DNA of 64,000 nt from the human T2T-CHM13v2.0 reference genome, Homo sapiens (GCF_009914755.1 NC_060930.1), one strand, 5' to 3'. Counted from the stretch's first letter, positions 1-20,428 are shown. The notes: a model not told the origin generated them from the letters alone. Program-made: numbers and translations.

Positions 1-1795
1 AAGCACCCAGAAGCAATGTGTTGCAGGTATGCTTTCACTTTCATTGGCAAAGGACTCTCTCCTCGTCTTGCAAAAGTGAACCTATGCTCTCAGCATCCAT
101 AAGACCACACAAACACCACCTGTCTTGGCAAGTTGACAGGACCTTGGGTAGCATCCACAGCCCCTCCTCAATGCTCCCATCACATTTGCTAAGCCCTTGC
201 TAAGTGCCAGATATGCAGGAGCATGAGGTACAAAGAGAAGTAGGATAAGGTACCTACCTGCCTTCAAGCAGTTCACAGCCTCCAGGGAGAGAAAGAGGAA
301 ACAGAGAATTTTGAAATTATGTGGTTCATGAAATGGCAAAAGTATACACCAGCGTAATTTACCACGTTGTATTTTAACTACTTTTTCCTCTCTCTCCTCC
401 TTCTCTCCAAGGTGAGTGACTCTGGTGTAGGTACTGGATCCACAAGTATCTTTGAATCCCCTATGCTGAGCATGGTACTGAAATGATCTGAACTTCATAA
501 ATGTCTCCTGGAGAGCAATGCAATGGTATTTTAAGAAACAAATCCATGTGTCTTAATGTTTCAGAATGGTGATCAGTATACTTATCAACTACTAACCTGG
601 ACCTATGCAATGTATTACAATACTAGTTAATTTCAGCAACAAAACAAACATCTTTAACCTCAGAGATCCTCTGATCTTTTAGTCCTAGCTACACAGTCTT
701 GGCTTTGGTTTTGTAAAATGGGGAAACAATGAAAGCTGACCCCATCTGTTTTTTTTTTTTTTCCCTGGACGTCAATGCATTCTCACTTGTTTTTACTGGT
801 AAGACTGAAAACTTTCACCCACTAACCTTCAATTTCTATCCATGGCTAATTCATTGGTAATTTCTTGCAACTTTCAGAAAAACAGTAATTCTCAATTTGA
901 CACAGGTTTGCCAATATGCATTTAAAGACCTCTTACACTTCAAACCTTGGACTTGCAGATATGAAAAATAATAACATTCTCAGTATTCTACTCTTCACCT
1001 TTGCCCTGCCCTGAGCACTATCTAAAAACCAATGACAGAAATGAATTGCAAACATAGCATGAAGCACTGCTGCAATTAATCAACCCAGAGCCCAAGGGAG
1101 GAATTGTTTCTATTTTTAAATGCACTGTTACTTTAAGGGAAAAGTCTGTGGAGAAATATGAAACCAAGCTGCATAATGAAAATAAAAATGCATTTGGTGT
1201 CTTCATCTGTGCAAAGACAGTAATCCTAATGTACAAGGAGCACTGTTTTGTTGACTACTCAGTTTGTCTGTAAATGAAATGACCGGTACTCAAGACAGAA
1301 TCCCACAGAAAGCTCATCTGCTATTCAAAGAATTAGATCCGTCAGAAGGACAAAACACGAGAGTACCCATATTTCAATGCTATTTTTATAACTCCAGATA
1401 AGGGACTATCGTAAGTAAGCAGATGAATAGATCCCAAAATCACCCTTCAAATCTTTACCTAAAAGATCCTGATTAGTAACTAACGTGGTTCAGCCCGAAA
1501 AATGATCAACTGATTACTTAGCATTTGGAACCAACTGTCCACAGTTATAGATTGTACCAAATCCCACAAAATCAAATCTGTTTCTCTTCACAAATGACAA
1601 CACTTCATGTCATTAAACAGTAGCTAACAGTCGCACTGCTTATGGTTAAGAGTGACAAGGAGCAGGTGCCAAGCCAGCAAGGAAAACAAGTAACGGCTAC
1701 ACAACAGGAGCTAAAAAGTATTCTACCTGTTCCCCCAGACTGCTTTCAAGAATCTGACCCAACAGAATTTTTTCCCGAAACAATATGCAGTTTGC

Positions 1796-1821
1796 GGGGG
1801 GGGGGGGGGGGGGGGGGGGGG
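1796..1821 (+). repeat. G26 homopolymer
   Basis: 26 consecutive G followed by aGGGG. Confidence 0.9.
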
Positions 1822-2879
1822 AGGGGACATTCGTTGGTGATATGGGCATCTAATTTAATCTGTAAATATTTAATGTACTCAATGAGTTTACTTACTATCA
1901 CCATGAAATATGCTATACTATCTACACTGCTATAAATGCATCTAAAAATACATCCATTACTAGACAACATTCAGTACAATGTACAATAAACACTACATTC
2001 AGTGTTAAACACAACATTTTACATATAGCTTAGCTATTTAATATCACCACCAGAATCTGCTAAAGGTAGCAGAATGTTTGCAAACTGGATAAAAACTGCT
2101 ATGCTCAACACGAAAAGCAAAGAATCCCCAATCTTATCGCCTCATGATTTCTTTCCCCAAATTTGGCAAAACTGAGCTTGAACACCACACATTATAGAAT
2201 GGAGGCATTGCTTCTCTAAGCAATAATGTCACAAACCCTGCTTCAGAGTCTCTCTTCAGTGAAAATCTCTGAAGAAGGAAATTCACTAAATTGTATTCCA
2301 TCGATCAACAGGTGATTCGTGGAAACACAAACTCATATTCATTTCCAATGAAAATTAATATTGTAAACTCTCCCGTTTTTTCACATATATATATTTACAA
2401 GCTACTGCATTATTATATTGAATGAATTCCAACCGATTTCTTCTCAGAGGCTTACTAGAAAAATGCCAAATATTCAAATTATTTTGGGGCATTAACCCAT
2501 ACTGTTGCATGGAACAGAACGGAATTAATAAGGATCCAACAGTTACCACTTTTCAAATGCAAATATGTTGCCATCTAGTAAATACAGCCCCTTTTTAAAC
2601 ATCCCTCAGTGTCTATACAGTTCAGGGCCCTACTTTTGTTTCTTTGAAAATCAAAATTCGCGCATTACATTGAGACATTATCTCAACTCAGCAACAACAA
2701 CTAAAATAGATATTAACTAGTCCAGCCTGAGTCTACATCGTACAAGACTTTTGCTTTATTTTTTCCTCCCATTTTAGACACACTGTCCCTAAACAATTCT
2801 GCCAAAGGAAACAAACCCTGCAGTGATGAAAAGAATCACGGACACTGGGTTCCACGAACAATAAGGTCGTGGGCTGGTC

Positions 2880-2962
2880 ACCTGCCCGCCTCGGGCCTCA
2901 GTTTTCCTGTCTGTAAAATGTGGCCGCTGGACGAATCACCTATGGGGTCCCATCCGGCCCTC
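2880..2962 (+). mobile_element. MIR core fragment at CpG-island edge
   Basis: gggcctcagttttcctgtctgtaaaatg resembles the MIR core. Confidence 0.6.
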
Positions 2963-3228
2963 TCCCTCCCGGGTGCCTCGCAGCCCGCCCGGGCTCAGCT
3001 GACTGGTGCTGTGGCCAGGGTGCCCTGCCTGCCGCCGCTCTAGATGGAGGAGAAGGGGGGCGAGGGAGGAGAGGAACTTGGACTTGCAACAGCTTCAAAC
3101 AGGAGCCGGCGACAAACTTGAAGCCGTCCTCCTAACAATAGGAAAGAGCACTCCCATTTTCCTGGCTCAAACCTGCGGGACCCCGCGAGGCTGGATCCTC
3201 CCAGCCGCCCTCTCGGAACCCGCTTTAC

Positions 3229-3319
3229 CTTTCTCCCTGTTTGGTGTTAGAAGGAGGAGGGTGCAGGACCGTTTGATTCCCTTCCATCTCCACCACGCAC
3301 TTGGTGTTCAGTTCCAGTT
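3229..3319 (-). CDS. KIF13A: KIF13A coding exon 2 (ELELNTKCVVEMEGNQTVLHPPPSNTKQGE..)
   Basis: Pyrimidine tract plus tttcAG acceptor at 3321-3320; 91-nt exon in frame with exon 1; AG|gtaaag donor at 3228; matches the remembered KIF13A N-terminus. Confidence 0.97.
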
Positions 3320-3583
3320 CTGAAAGCAGAGAGAAAGGGACGTTGCAAAGTCCAGCATCCGCGCCTCCAGCCCGCCCGCCCGCCAGCCGCGCCGAGCGGG
3401 GCTCCGTCCCTGGAGGCGGCCGAGCCTGGAGACGGCGCCCCGGGCACCACGGCCAGCGCGGACGCCGCCTCCGCCCCGGCCCCCCGGCCCCGGCCGCGCT
3501 CTCGCCGTCCCGGCCCCGCAGTTTCTAAAGTTGCCCCCGCCCTCAGCCCGAGCAGAAATAAAAAAGAGCGGAAAGCTCCTCAC

Positions 3584-3638
3584 CTCGTCGGTTCATGGGC
3601 CGGACCCGGACGGCAACTTTTACCTTGGTATCCGACAT
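3584..3638 (-). CDS. KIF13A: KIF13A coding exon 1 (kinesin-3 motor N-terminus, MSDTKVKVAVRVRPMNRR+G)
   Basis: Minus strand reads gccaacATGTCGGATACCAAGGTAAAAGTTGCCGTCCGGGTCCGGCCCATGAACCGACGAG|gtgagg. It contains the kinesin motif VKVAVRVRP, is 55 nt long, and has a GT donor at 3583-3582. Confidence 0.97.
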
Positions 3639-3859
3639 GTTGGCTGCGCTCGCCCGGCCGCTCGCCGCGCCCGCTCGGCCTTAGGCGGCCCCTCACGCGC
3701 GGCGCCGCCGCCGCTGCAGCCGCGCGCCCCTCGAGCGCGGCCGCCGCCGCTCCGCCGTGAGCTCCGAGAGGCAGCGCCGAGGCGCGCGGGCCATCCCGGG
3801 GGAGCGCGACGCGGGGCACGGCCGCGGCCCGGGGAGGGGCGGGCGCGCGGGGCGGGGCG

Positions 3860-3883
3860 CGGCGGCGGCGGCGGCGGCGGCGG
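3860..3883. repeat. (CGG)8 trinucleotide repeat in KIF13A promoter/5' region
   Basis: Eight uninterrupted CGG units. Confidence 0.9.
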
Positions 3884-4904
3884 GCGGGGAGGAGGCCTCG
3901 CCGGCGGGCCCAGGCGCAGCTCTAGCCGCGCCGCCCCAGCCGAGACCGCAGCGCCGCGGCCCCTCGCGGCTGCCCGGGGCCCCGCGCCGCCATGTTCCGC
4001 GCCCGTCACCCGCCGGGGCTCGGGAGAGGCCGGACACGGCCACGCGCGGCGCCCCCTGGAGCGGCGGGACGGCAGTGAGAGGAGCGGCGAGCAGCGCGGC
4101 GCTTAGGGGAGGCTGGAGTCCGGGGCGGGACGCATTGTTTCCCCAGGGGACCTCCCAGGCCAAGCCTGCACCGGCGCCCGCGGGGCCCCCCCCCGGACAC
4201 CGCCGTGAGCTCGAGCCGCCTTCTGGGGCCGCTGCCACCCGGAGCCCCGGGACGGCAGCAAGGACCACGGCTCGCCGCGCTGGGTGCGCAGGCCTTCCCC
4301 TCCGAGTCCCGGCACGCCGCCCCCTCTGTCCCACACGGAGCCTGCAGCGGTATTTTAAGATCTCTGTGGTGAACCGAGACTAGAAATGAATCTGTGAATC
4401 CACCACCGAAACAGTGTATGTTTGTAAATAGTGCTCTCCCTTCCTTTCCCGGCCTCTCTTGTCTCGGGAGGGATGTCAAGTGGGCTGGGAGGGCCATTAA
4501 CTCTTACATAAGAATTTAATAGCAATGGATTCTGTCATCCTGCCAAATGCAGACCTCGCTGCCAGGGCGGAACTGGGCGAATCCGATTTATTCTGTTTGG
4601 TTCAACAAGTGCTTAAGGGGCGCTCACCGAGTGCCAGGCATTTTGAAGCGTACAGAAGTCAAAAATCCAGAGTTTAGATCCAGGAATCTTTCGATTTTGC
4701 TTAAATCTAGAAATCCACTTATTGGAAGATGCATTGAGGTTTTACTGTGTGCAGGGTGCTGTTGAGGACACACAGAAACATGAATAGCATGATGCAGAGG
4801 CACACGCTAAGGTGGAAGAGAGGGCGTGGAGACTTATTATGCTAGACAGTGTACGGCAGGTGCTAGGAGAGGGGTCCGTCCGCCTCCAACCGAGGTGATG
4901 CTAC

Positions 4905-5450
<546 letters not shown>

Positions 5451-5858
5451 ACTTCAGCCCCACCTTATTGTAGAGCCAGCTATCTCAGTCTACCTCTGAA
5501 GGGCCTGTTGCATCTTTCCTCCTCTCCATTCCTGCTGCTGCAATCTCACTTTACCTGTCCATTCACTTGTTCAACAAATGTGTTCTGAGCGCCCTACTAT
5601 GTTACAAACACTGTTGTAGGCTTTAGGCTACAGGCTCTCAGCTGCTGCTCAGAAAGAGGTGAAATTTCCAGCCCTCTGAGGCTAAGAATCTAGGTCTGTG
5701 CTTACCTCTTCACTTTTGGGCTGCTGAGACATCCTGTTAACCCTCCTAGCTTTGCCTCCTCTAATCACTCCTAAATCCAGCTTCCAGACTGATTTTTCAC
5801 AAAATTAAAATTTTATCCTTTAATCGTGCATGGTATTCTATTGTTCAAAAAACTCTCA

Positions 5859-6164
<306 letters not shown>

Positions 6165-6282
6165 CCTCTCTGTTTAATATTACCTCCCACCATTCCTGAA
6201 ATTCTTTATCCAGGACCTTTTCACAAGCAAGATACCATCCCTATGCTAAGCCATTGCTCTGGTAGTTTCTATCAGTGGGAAT

Positions 6283-7400
<1,118 letters not shown>

Positions 7401-7889
7401 TCAATCCCTTCTCTGTCTCATTTTCTCCTTCTCCCTCATTCTCTGCCAGATCATGAAAGCCTTGAGTGCCTAAGAAATTTCATGTTTATTGTAAAGGCAA
7501 TAGGAACTGAATGAAGCATTTGGATTTGGAGCCAGGGATTGACATATTCAGAGCATTGATTCAGGGTAATTAATTTGGCAACACTGTATCCATCCAGAGG
7601 ACTATTGTAGTCATCCAGATGAGGTGATGATATCATCATCCAGAGGTGATGATAGCATGAACAAAGCCAATGATAGCACAAATGGAGCAGAAGGAACAGA
7701 CGCAGAACTTACTGCGAGAAAAGTGGAACAATTTAGCAACCAATGGGATGTGAAGATTGAGGGAGGCAAAGGATTGCAAGTGACTGAGAAAGGGATTGGG
7801 AGGATGATGGCCCATAACACCACGAATAGTTGAGAAGAAGAATAGGTCTTAAGGTGAGAGGGGCATGATTCATTTGGTGTTACAGGTTA

Positions 7890-8318
<429 letters not shown>

Positions 8319-8627
8319 TTACTAAACATTTCTTTTTCAAAACAGTTTAGCCTTACATCATTAGGAATTATGTCTTTTTAGCGTTTGAAGGGCCTTTGGG
8401 AGTCCTGTGGACCTTTTTACAACAGCCCCCAAAACGGCCACCCATTCCGTGCTTGGATTCCGCTGACAGAGTTCTCAAATTGGAAGAGAAGCTGAACTCA
8501 GTCAGGGGACTCCTCAAGTTCTTCGCCTAGGAAAGGCCTCCATGAAGAATCAGATTTGCATCCCTGGGCATTCCACCTAGTGACAGAAGTGCTGCCTTCT
8601 CCTGCTTCCCATGCCAAATCTAACTCC

Positions 8628-8939
<312 letters not shown>

Positions 8940-9734
8940 TCCAAATCTAACTCCTGCTATACCTGAAGCCCCTCAGATACTTGAGGCTGGCTTTCATGTC
9001 CTTCTGAAGACTTCCATTCCCCTAGAACATGCTGTTCTGGTTACTGTTGTAGTAAATCCCACCAAAATTTAGTGTCTTAAAACAACAACAATCTGGTGGT
9101 GTGTGCCTGTAGTCCCAGCTACTCAGGAGGGATGCAAGGACTTTTCTATCATGACAACAGGAGAGTTTGGGATGCTGGACAGTATCCCATTCTGGAGTCA
9201 GCGAGGAGAAGAAGCTCAGAGTGTGGGCCCACTGCATACAGGTAAAGGCCCATCAGAGAGCTGGCCCAGCCTGGCTAGAGGCCCTGGACTGGGGCTGAGG
9301 TATGGAAAGACCGGTGAGGCTTGCTTGACAGAACACTCTGGCCCAGCCATCAGCCAGCCTTACAATGCCCACAGATCACCATATGCCAACGAATACAGCC
9401 ATGCGTACTAGTCACTAAGAGGGCCCTGGTCTATGCTCCTTTGTCAGGAAGAGCTTGTTAGCATAGCTTTACTTTAGAAACTGGAAACACCATGGGTTCT
9501 GAGGAACTGGCAGACAACTGATAGATAACAAACATCCCAAGGACTCTGGAATCATCCCATTTCAGATGTAAGACTAAGTTCCAAAGTTATTTCAGTCAGA
9601 AGTAGCAGATCAGGCTGCCAGGCTGATCTAAAAATTGCTAATGTCTTAAGTCTGCAGAGAATCAAAGAATAATCATAGAACAGTCAAATACTTTTAAATA
9701 AGAGGCTTTCTATAAACTAGTTTAACAACCATGA

Positions 9735-10440
9735 GTCAGCCTAGGCTAAGTTATGACATGGTGACCAACAACGCTTGAATCTCAGTGGCTTACAAAAAGC
9801 TTTATGCCCTACACGCATGACTTGTCCATCACAGCCTGCTTGTGGTTTTGCTTCTATCATTTTCTTTCTGAGTCCTAGGCTGACGAAACAGCCCCTAGCT
9901 GAGTCAACGCTGGTTTTGTAACAGAAGGAAAGGAGAAGGTGGCAGACCACACAATAGCTCCTCAAGTTTTGCTCAGAAATGGTACACATTGGCTGGGCAC
10001 GGTGGCTCACGCCTGTAATCCCAGCACTTTGGGAGGCCGAGGCGGACAGATCACGAGGTCAGGAGTTTAGACCAACCTGGCTAACATGGAGAAACCTCGT
10101 CTCTACTAAAAATACAAAAAATTAGCCAAGCGTGGTGGCAGCGCCTGTAATCCCAGTATTTGGGAGGCTGAGGCAGGACAATCGCTTGAACCCAGGAGGT
10201 GGGTGTTGCAGCAAGCCAAGCCCATGCCACTGCATTCCAGCTTGGACAACAGAGCAGGACTCTGTCTCAAAAAAAAGAGAAAAAGAAAAAAGAAAAAGAA
10301 AGGAATGGTACCCATCCCTTCTCAATTTTCATTGGACAAAGGAAGTCACACGGTCAAGCCAAGCATCAATGGAAAAGGGAAAAAGAATTCTCCCCCAGGG
10401 AGGGACTCCAAACCATTTATTACAAGAACATTTATATTTC
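9735..10440 (-). mobile_element. Old MLT1 (J/K-like) remnant interrupted by an Alu (9991-10300, plus)
   Basis: aatctcagtggctta, cattggacaaaggaagtcacacggtcaagcc motifs. Confidence 0.55.
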
Positions 10441-10459
10441 ACAACAGTTAACAGTAGAT

Positions 10460-10690
10460 AACATTTATTAAACACTGACTACTTACCAAGCATAGTTTCA
10501 TTATTTAATCCTCTCAATAACCCTATGAGGCACAAACTATTATTGTCATCCTTCATTATAACTAACCGGTAAAAAGTAAAGAGACAATTTAAGCAGCTTG
10601 CCCAAGGTCACATACCTGGGAAGTGATGGCCTTGGGATTTAAATGCAGGTCTTCAAAAACCACAGCTCTCACTTCCACACTGTGACTGCT
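10460..10690 (-). mobile_element. MIR
   Basis: tttaatcctctcaataaccctatgagg ... cccaaggtcaca. Confidence 0.7.
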
Positions 10691-10940
10691 TCAGATGTGT
10701 TTTCCGAAATAAAGCTGCCGACCTACATAATTGGAATGTGCACGTGAGTGGTTTTTCTAAGGGTGATAATGGATTTGCCTTGACTCGTCTCTATTTTTCT
10801 GGCACAAAAAATATAAGCAATATAAACAACACTAAATATTATGCTTTACAGTTCAATGCAATATGTAGTCTCCACAAAAGAGTTACAAAATTTATGGGAG
10901 ATAGAAAAGATGATAATCCTTTTGACAGAAGTAAGGGGTA

Positions 10941-11242
10941 GGCCACACACAGTGGCTCATGCCTATAATCCCAGCACGTTGGGAGTTTGAGGCGGGTGGA
11001 TCACCTGAGGTCAGGAGTTCAAGACCAGCCTGGCCAACATGGTGAAACTCTGTCTCTACTAAAAATACAAAAATTAGCTGGGCGTGGTGGTACACACCTG
11101 TAGTCTCAGCTACTCAGGAGGCTGAGGCAGGAGAATTGCTTGAACCCAGGAGGCAGAGGTTTCAGTGAGCTGAGATCATACCGCTGCATTCAAGCCTGGG
11201 TGACAGAGCAAGACTCCGTCTCCAAAAAAAAAAAAAAAAAAG
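10941..11242 (+). mobile_element. Alu (AluSx-like)
   Basis: Full Alu; TSD aagtaaggggta. Confidence 0.9.
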
Positions 11243-11335
11243 TAAGGGGTAAAGGAAATTGGGCTCAGAGTAGCAGAGTAGGAAAAGCAGACTTTGATGT
11301 CAGACCCACTGTGGTTTGTTTTCCAGCCTCTGTAA

Positions 11336-12157
<822 letters not shown>

Positions 12158-13128
12158 TGAATAGCTGTGGAAGAGCAGAGACTAGCAGGAACTAAGCACG
12201 TGGGCAGGAAAACAATGAAATGCTGTGCTTTAGGAATCTAATCAAGTATTGGATACAAAAGAGTTGAACCCAGAGAAATCAGACACTGAAAATTATTTGG
12301 GAATGGACTGTCCAAGCTAGCAGTGAGGAGGGTCAGAAGCGGGGGAACAGCAGGGACAATAGTGAGGAAGAGAAGGTTCAGGACACATCTCTTGATGGAG
12401 ATATCCATCTGTGCCCCAGGTTGGCAGAGCCCTCTTCCCTTGCCCTCTTCTGAGCAAGACAAGCAACTGATCAGAATAGGGTCTGTGGTCTCTAACAATG
12501 CACAGACCCATAAGCCAGCCTCATAAGCACGATAACCTCCCCAGGATCCCACACCTGGCTGACCATCCTTTGGAACCAGCTAAAGCACAGATTCCAGAAT
12601 CTTCCCTCAGGCAGAGGTTTAGGAGGTCTGGGCTGGCCTGATTCTGAAGTAGCCCATGCCTGGACTGGCATTTAGGAATAGCTTGACTAGGCTCCAGCCC
12701 ACATTGTGATGAGAGAGGGATTGTCCCTGGCTGTTGTATAACCTTGGAATCATTTGGAACTAGCCAAAACTAAAACAAAGTGAGAAGAAAGAAGAAGGCC
12801 AAAACGAAACATAGGCCTTTCCTGAGGGATTTATCCATATGTGAAGACTTCAGATTGGAAATTGTAAGAACTCAGCTGCTCCTAAGGAGTGCAGGGGACC
12901 AAGTCAACTTTAGCTTTTATTCTACAGACAACATGGGTAGAAAGTAGAAAAGCTCCTTGTATCCATCTGCCAGTGAATCCATTCATTTATCAAATGTGTA
13001 CTGAGTGGCAGCATCTGAGGTACTGTGAGAGTTGCTGGGAATTCAGAAACAGCACTTTCTCCGCCCTCAAGGGGTTTCCAGGCAAGGGAGGACAGCCAGA
13101 TGCAATCTAAAGTGGGACACACTCTGGC

Positions 13129-14760
13129 AGTTGTGTGAACCAGGTTGGTGGGAAGTGACAATTCCCATCTTGAGGGAGACTTCACATTGGAGAGGTCATT
13201 CGAGCTGGATCTTAAAGGTTCAGCGGGTAGTTTGCCAAGCAGAGAAAGAGAATGCCTTAATCACGTATCACTGAGTTGGAAGACACAGACGAACTCAAAC
13301 TAGCTGAAGCGAAAAGAGAAGTACATTGGAAGAACACATCCTTGAGAAGTTACCACATCTCATGAAGGGCTGTAGCCAGGGTCTAGAAAGTTGGGAATTT
13401 AAGTTACTACCTTCTTTTTTTTTCAGCTCTGTGGTCTTTCATCCCATTCTCTGTGTTTAATTTCTTCTTCTTCTCTCTCTCTACACGAGTTTTGTTGTCT
13501 TTCTCTGTACACATAATGAAAAATTACCACCTCAGACCCCTTTGCTTATGTCCTTGTTCCATGTCCCAATGATAGCCAACCAAGCAGAGGTTAGCTATCA
13601 TTGTCTTGTCTTCTAAGTGAACACAGGTTCCATTAAAGTCAGAACTTGTTGGGGGTGCAGGAGGGGTTCCTGATAAAGAGGGAAGAAACAGAAGAATCAA
13701 AAGTTTTGACAGTCTGGCCAGGTGCAGTGGCTCACACCTGCAATCCCAGCACTTTGGGAGGCAGAGGTGGATGGATCACCTGAGGTCAGGTGTTCGAGAC
13801 CAGCCTGGCCAACATGGTGAAACCCCGTCTCTACTAAAAATACAAATAATTAGCCAGGCATGGTGGTGGGCTCTAGTAATCCCAGCTACTCGGAGGCTGA
13901 GGCAAGAGAATTGCTTGAACCCAGAGGGCAGAGGTTGCAGTGAGCTGAGCTCAAGCCATCACACTCCAACCTGGGTGACAGAGCAAGACTCTGTCTCAAA
14001 AAAAAAAAAAAAAGTGTTGACAGACTGAAGAAAATGCTGGGTCAACTGAGCACATGGGATGAGCATACAGGGGAGAGACAGTGATCAGCAGAGTGGAGGA
14101 GGGAGAGGAGGGAGAGAGTCACGGGTGGTGGGACACTGAGAAAAGAAGGAGGGAATTTGGTATTTTCAGGTCCTGTGTGTGGTGGGAGTTGATAGTTAAC
14201 TTCCTCAGACCCACCACACTTTCTCCGCTGCTGTGGTTCATTCAGAAAGGATATTTTCTTTCATTTGGCAAAAAAATAGATACGGACTGCATCTCCACAC
14301 GACCTCCAAGCATGAGATCATTCAGACTCCTGCTCCTATGATCCTACCTTCTGTTTCCCTCCAGAGGAGAACCATGTCTAATCAACCATAGGAAGTGGCC
14401 AAAAGAGGAAGCAGGAGCTTGTGGGTCCAGTGTGGAGAAGGCAAAGACTAGGCTGCTGTTCCACACCTTCAGAACACTTTGTCAGTGTTGGTTGCTGCAG
14501 GGCTGTAGCCTGGGTCTGGAAAGTTGGGAATTCAAGTTACTGTCTTCTTTTCCTGCCTTCTTTTCTCTTTGGCTAGTTTGAATTCATCTCCATTTCTTGC
14601 AACCCAGTGATTCCTGATTAAGGCATTCTCTTTCCCTGCTTGGCAAACTACCCTGTGAACTTTTTGGATCCAGCTCAAATGTCCTCTCCAATGTGAAGTC
14701 TCTCTCAGGATGGGAATTGCCACTTCCCACCAAACTGGTTTACACAACTCTGAGACTGTG
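13129..14760. repeat. Local duplication: 13129-13320 copied inverted at ~14557-14749; 13366-13418 copied direct at 14499-14551
   Basis: Direct alignment by eye, roughly 85% identity. Confidence 0.9.
13716..14013 (+). mobile_element. Alu (AluSx-like)
   Basis: Full Alu; TSD aaaagt(t/g)ttgacag. Confidence 0.9.
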
Positions 14761-15228
14761 TAGAGTAAGCACAGTCAATGACACATAAAGGCATGATGTG
14801 GAAAACATGGGGGCAAGGAATGGAGATTCTTTTGAACTATCTTGTCACCTATGAGTCATAAACAAAATGTCCTGTCCCCAGACCGTAGAAGGTTGCAGCA
14901 CCTGAATGAAATGGAAGGAAAGGACAAATGACCCCAGGGAAAGTCTTGGGCTGGAAAAGCCTGTCTTTGATGCTGTTCCCAGGCCACTTTGGACACCCTG
15001 CTGCCCTGTCTCTTCCTTCTTCAGGGACTCTTGTCTGCTTCTAGACTTGTGAATAACATATACCATAACACCCTCACACAGTTCAAATATCAAATAGTGT
15101 AGAAAGATTTGTAAAATTATCAGCCACTGCCCATCCTTTTCTCCCTCCTGTCCTAGCCCTCCGGAGCAAGCACTTTTTAAAAAAGTTTATTTAACTTTAT
15201 TTATTTATTTTAGAACTGAACTCTTGCA

Positions 15229-15575
<347 letters not shown>

Positions 15576-15796
15576 CTAGCTTCAAGCAGTCCTCCCTAAG
15601 GGTTGAGATTACAGGCATGAGCCACCGTGCCTGGTCTGGAGCAACCACTTTTAACCTTACGTACCTGCTCTGTGCACGACACTGGGCAAGTTACACACGT
15701 TCTCTATACCTCAGATTCCTCATCCACAAAATGTCACTAATAATACGACTCCTTTGCAGTTTTATTACTATTATCTCATTTATGAAATGAGATAAT

Positions 15797-16272
15797 CTCC
15801 TAGTCAGCATTTTCCCGAGAAACAAAAACAATAGGATATAAAGAGATTTATTATAAGGAATTGGTTCACACAAATATGGAGGCTGAGAAATGCCACTATC
15901 TGCCATCTGCAAGCTGGAGAACCTGGAAAGCTGGTGGTTTAATTACAGACCAAGTCTGAAGTTCTGAGAACCAGTAGCACTAATGACGTGAGTCCCAGTC
16001 CGAGGGCAGGAGAAGACTGATGTCTCAGCTCAAGCAGCCAGGCAGAGAGTGGATTCAGCCTTCCTCTGCCTTTTTTTGTTCTATTGAGACCCTGAACAGA
16101 TTGGGTAGTGCCCACACACTTTGGTGAGGTCCATCTGTGTTACTCAGTCTACCAAATGCTAATCTCATCCAAACACACGCTCACAGACACACTCAGAAAT
16201 CATGTTTAACCAAATATTTGGCACCTCATGACACAGTCAAGTTGACACATAAAATTAATGATCACCATCACA
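15797..16272 (-). mobile_element. MLT2 (ERVL) LTR
   Basis: gatttattataaggaattggttcacac ... gtcaagttgacacataaaattaa ... catcaca. Confidence 0.85.
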
Positions 16273-16419
16273 CCATGTAGAGTGACTAGCATTGTGCCTT
16301 CACACAGTAAGCATTAATGTTAGCTTTCATTATCACAGTGTGTTTTAATCCATTAGTTTGATTGTTTGTTCCCCCATTGGACTGTTTCTTAAGGAATTAG
16401 CCAATGACACAATTCAATA

Positions 16420-18310
<1,891 letters not shown>

Positions 18311-18781
18311 ATTCAAGTGTGTAAAGTGGCAGGCACATGGAAGGAACCAAGTAAAAAGTACTCATTTTATTATTACTGTTGTTGAAGATGGTAGGAAACT
18401 TCCTCTGCTCATCTGAATATCTCCAATCCATGGCACAGAACTTGACACCTAGTACCATCTCAATGGAAGTTTCACGGAATGAATTAATTGAATAATTGGG
18501 TCTCTGTTCTTATCAAAATACTCAGCAGCAAAGTATATGCACGGATTACTGTGATGTTCCCAATTTTTTTTCCTTCAGAGCCTGTGACACATTCTGGTAA
18601 GCATTCTCAGCACTGGCAGGTCTTCATCCATCACCTAATCCTGGTATTTTCAAGCTGGAGGGAAACTTAGAGATTATTTAATCCAATCGTGTTGCCTTAG
18701 ACAGATAAATCTAAGACATCACTAAGGTCACATAGTTGGTCAGTAACAAATCAAGAAAGACTGGCTTCATAGCATAAGTGA

Positions 18782-19086
<305 letters not shown>

Positions 19087-19393
19087 TAAGTAATTTAAAG
19101 TCATTTGCAGTTAAGTCTGGCAGTAACATGAGTGAATCAGCTGGGAAATATGGGTTGGTCCAAAATCAAGGTGTGCGTGAAAACAAACCAGACTGCCCTG
19201 CTCTCAGGGCGGTGAAGGTGATCTGAAAGAAGAGCCCCCACTACCCAGTGCGGAGATGCCATCACTGCTATGTGAGTTGCCTCCCAAGATGGCTGCTTTG
19301 AAGGAGAGTATCCAAACAGGCTTCACCAGCTCCCTGCCATGGTCACAAGTTTTTTTCTTTTTTCTTTTACTTTCTTTTTTTGTCAGTCAATCA

Positions 19394-20428
<1,035 letters not shown>

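Larger units (their letters stand above)
1..3228 (-). other. KIF13A: KIF13A intron 2 (5' portion; gene continues left of the window)
   Basis: Follows the exon 2 donor; no further kinesin-coding exon recognised. Confidence 0.85.
2860..4350. promoter_or_regulatory. KIF13A: CpG island / KIF13A promoter and 5'UTR
   Basis: Very GC- and CpG-rich, spans exons 1-2; GC boxes (GGGGCGGGG 3849-3857); no TATA seen. Confidence 0.93.

Noticed and set aside
3247-4497. Long Arg/Ala/Pro/Gly-rich ORFs (up to 213 aa) over the CpG island
   Set aside because: Stop codons are scarce in GC-rich DNA; the real coding sequence is the two short KIF13A exons.
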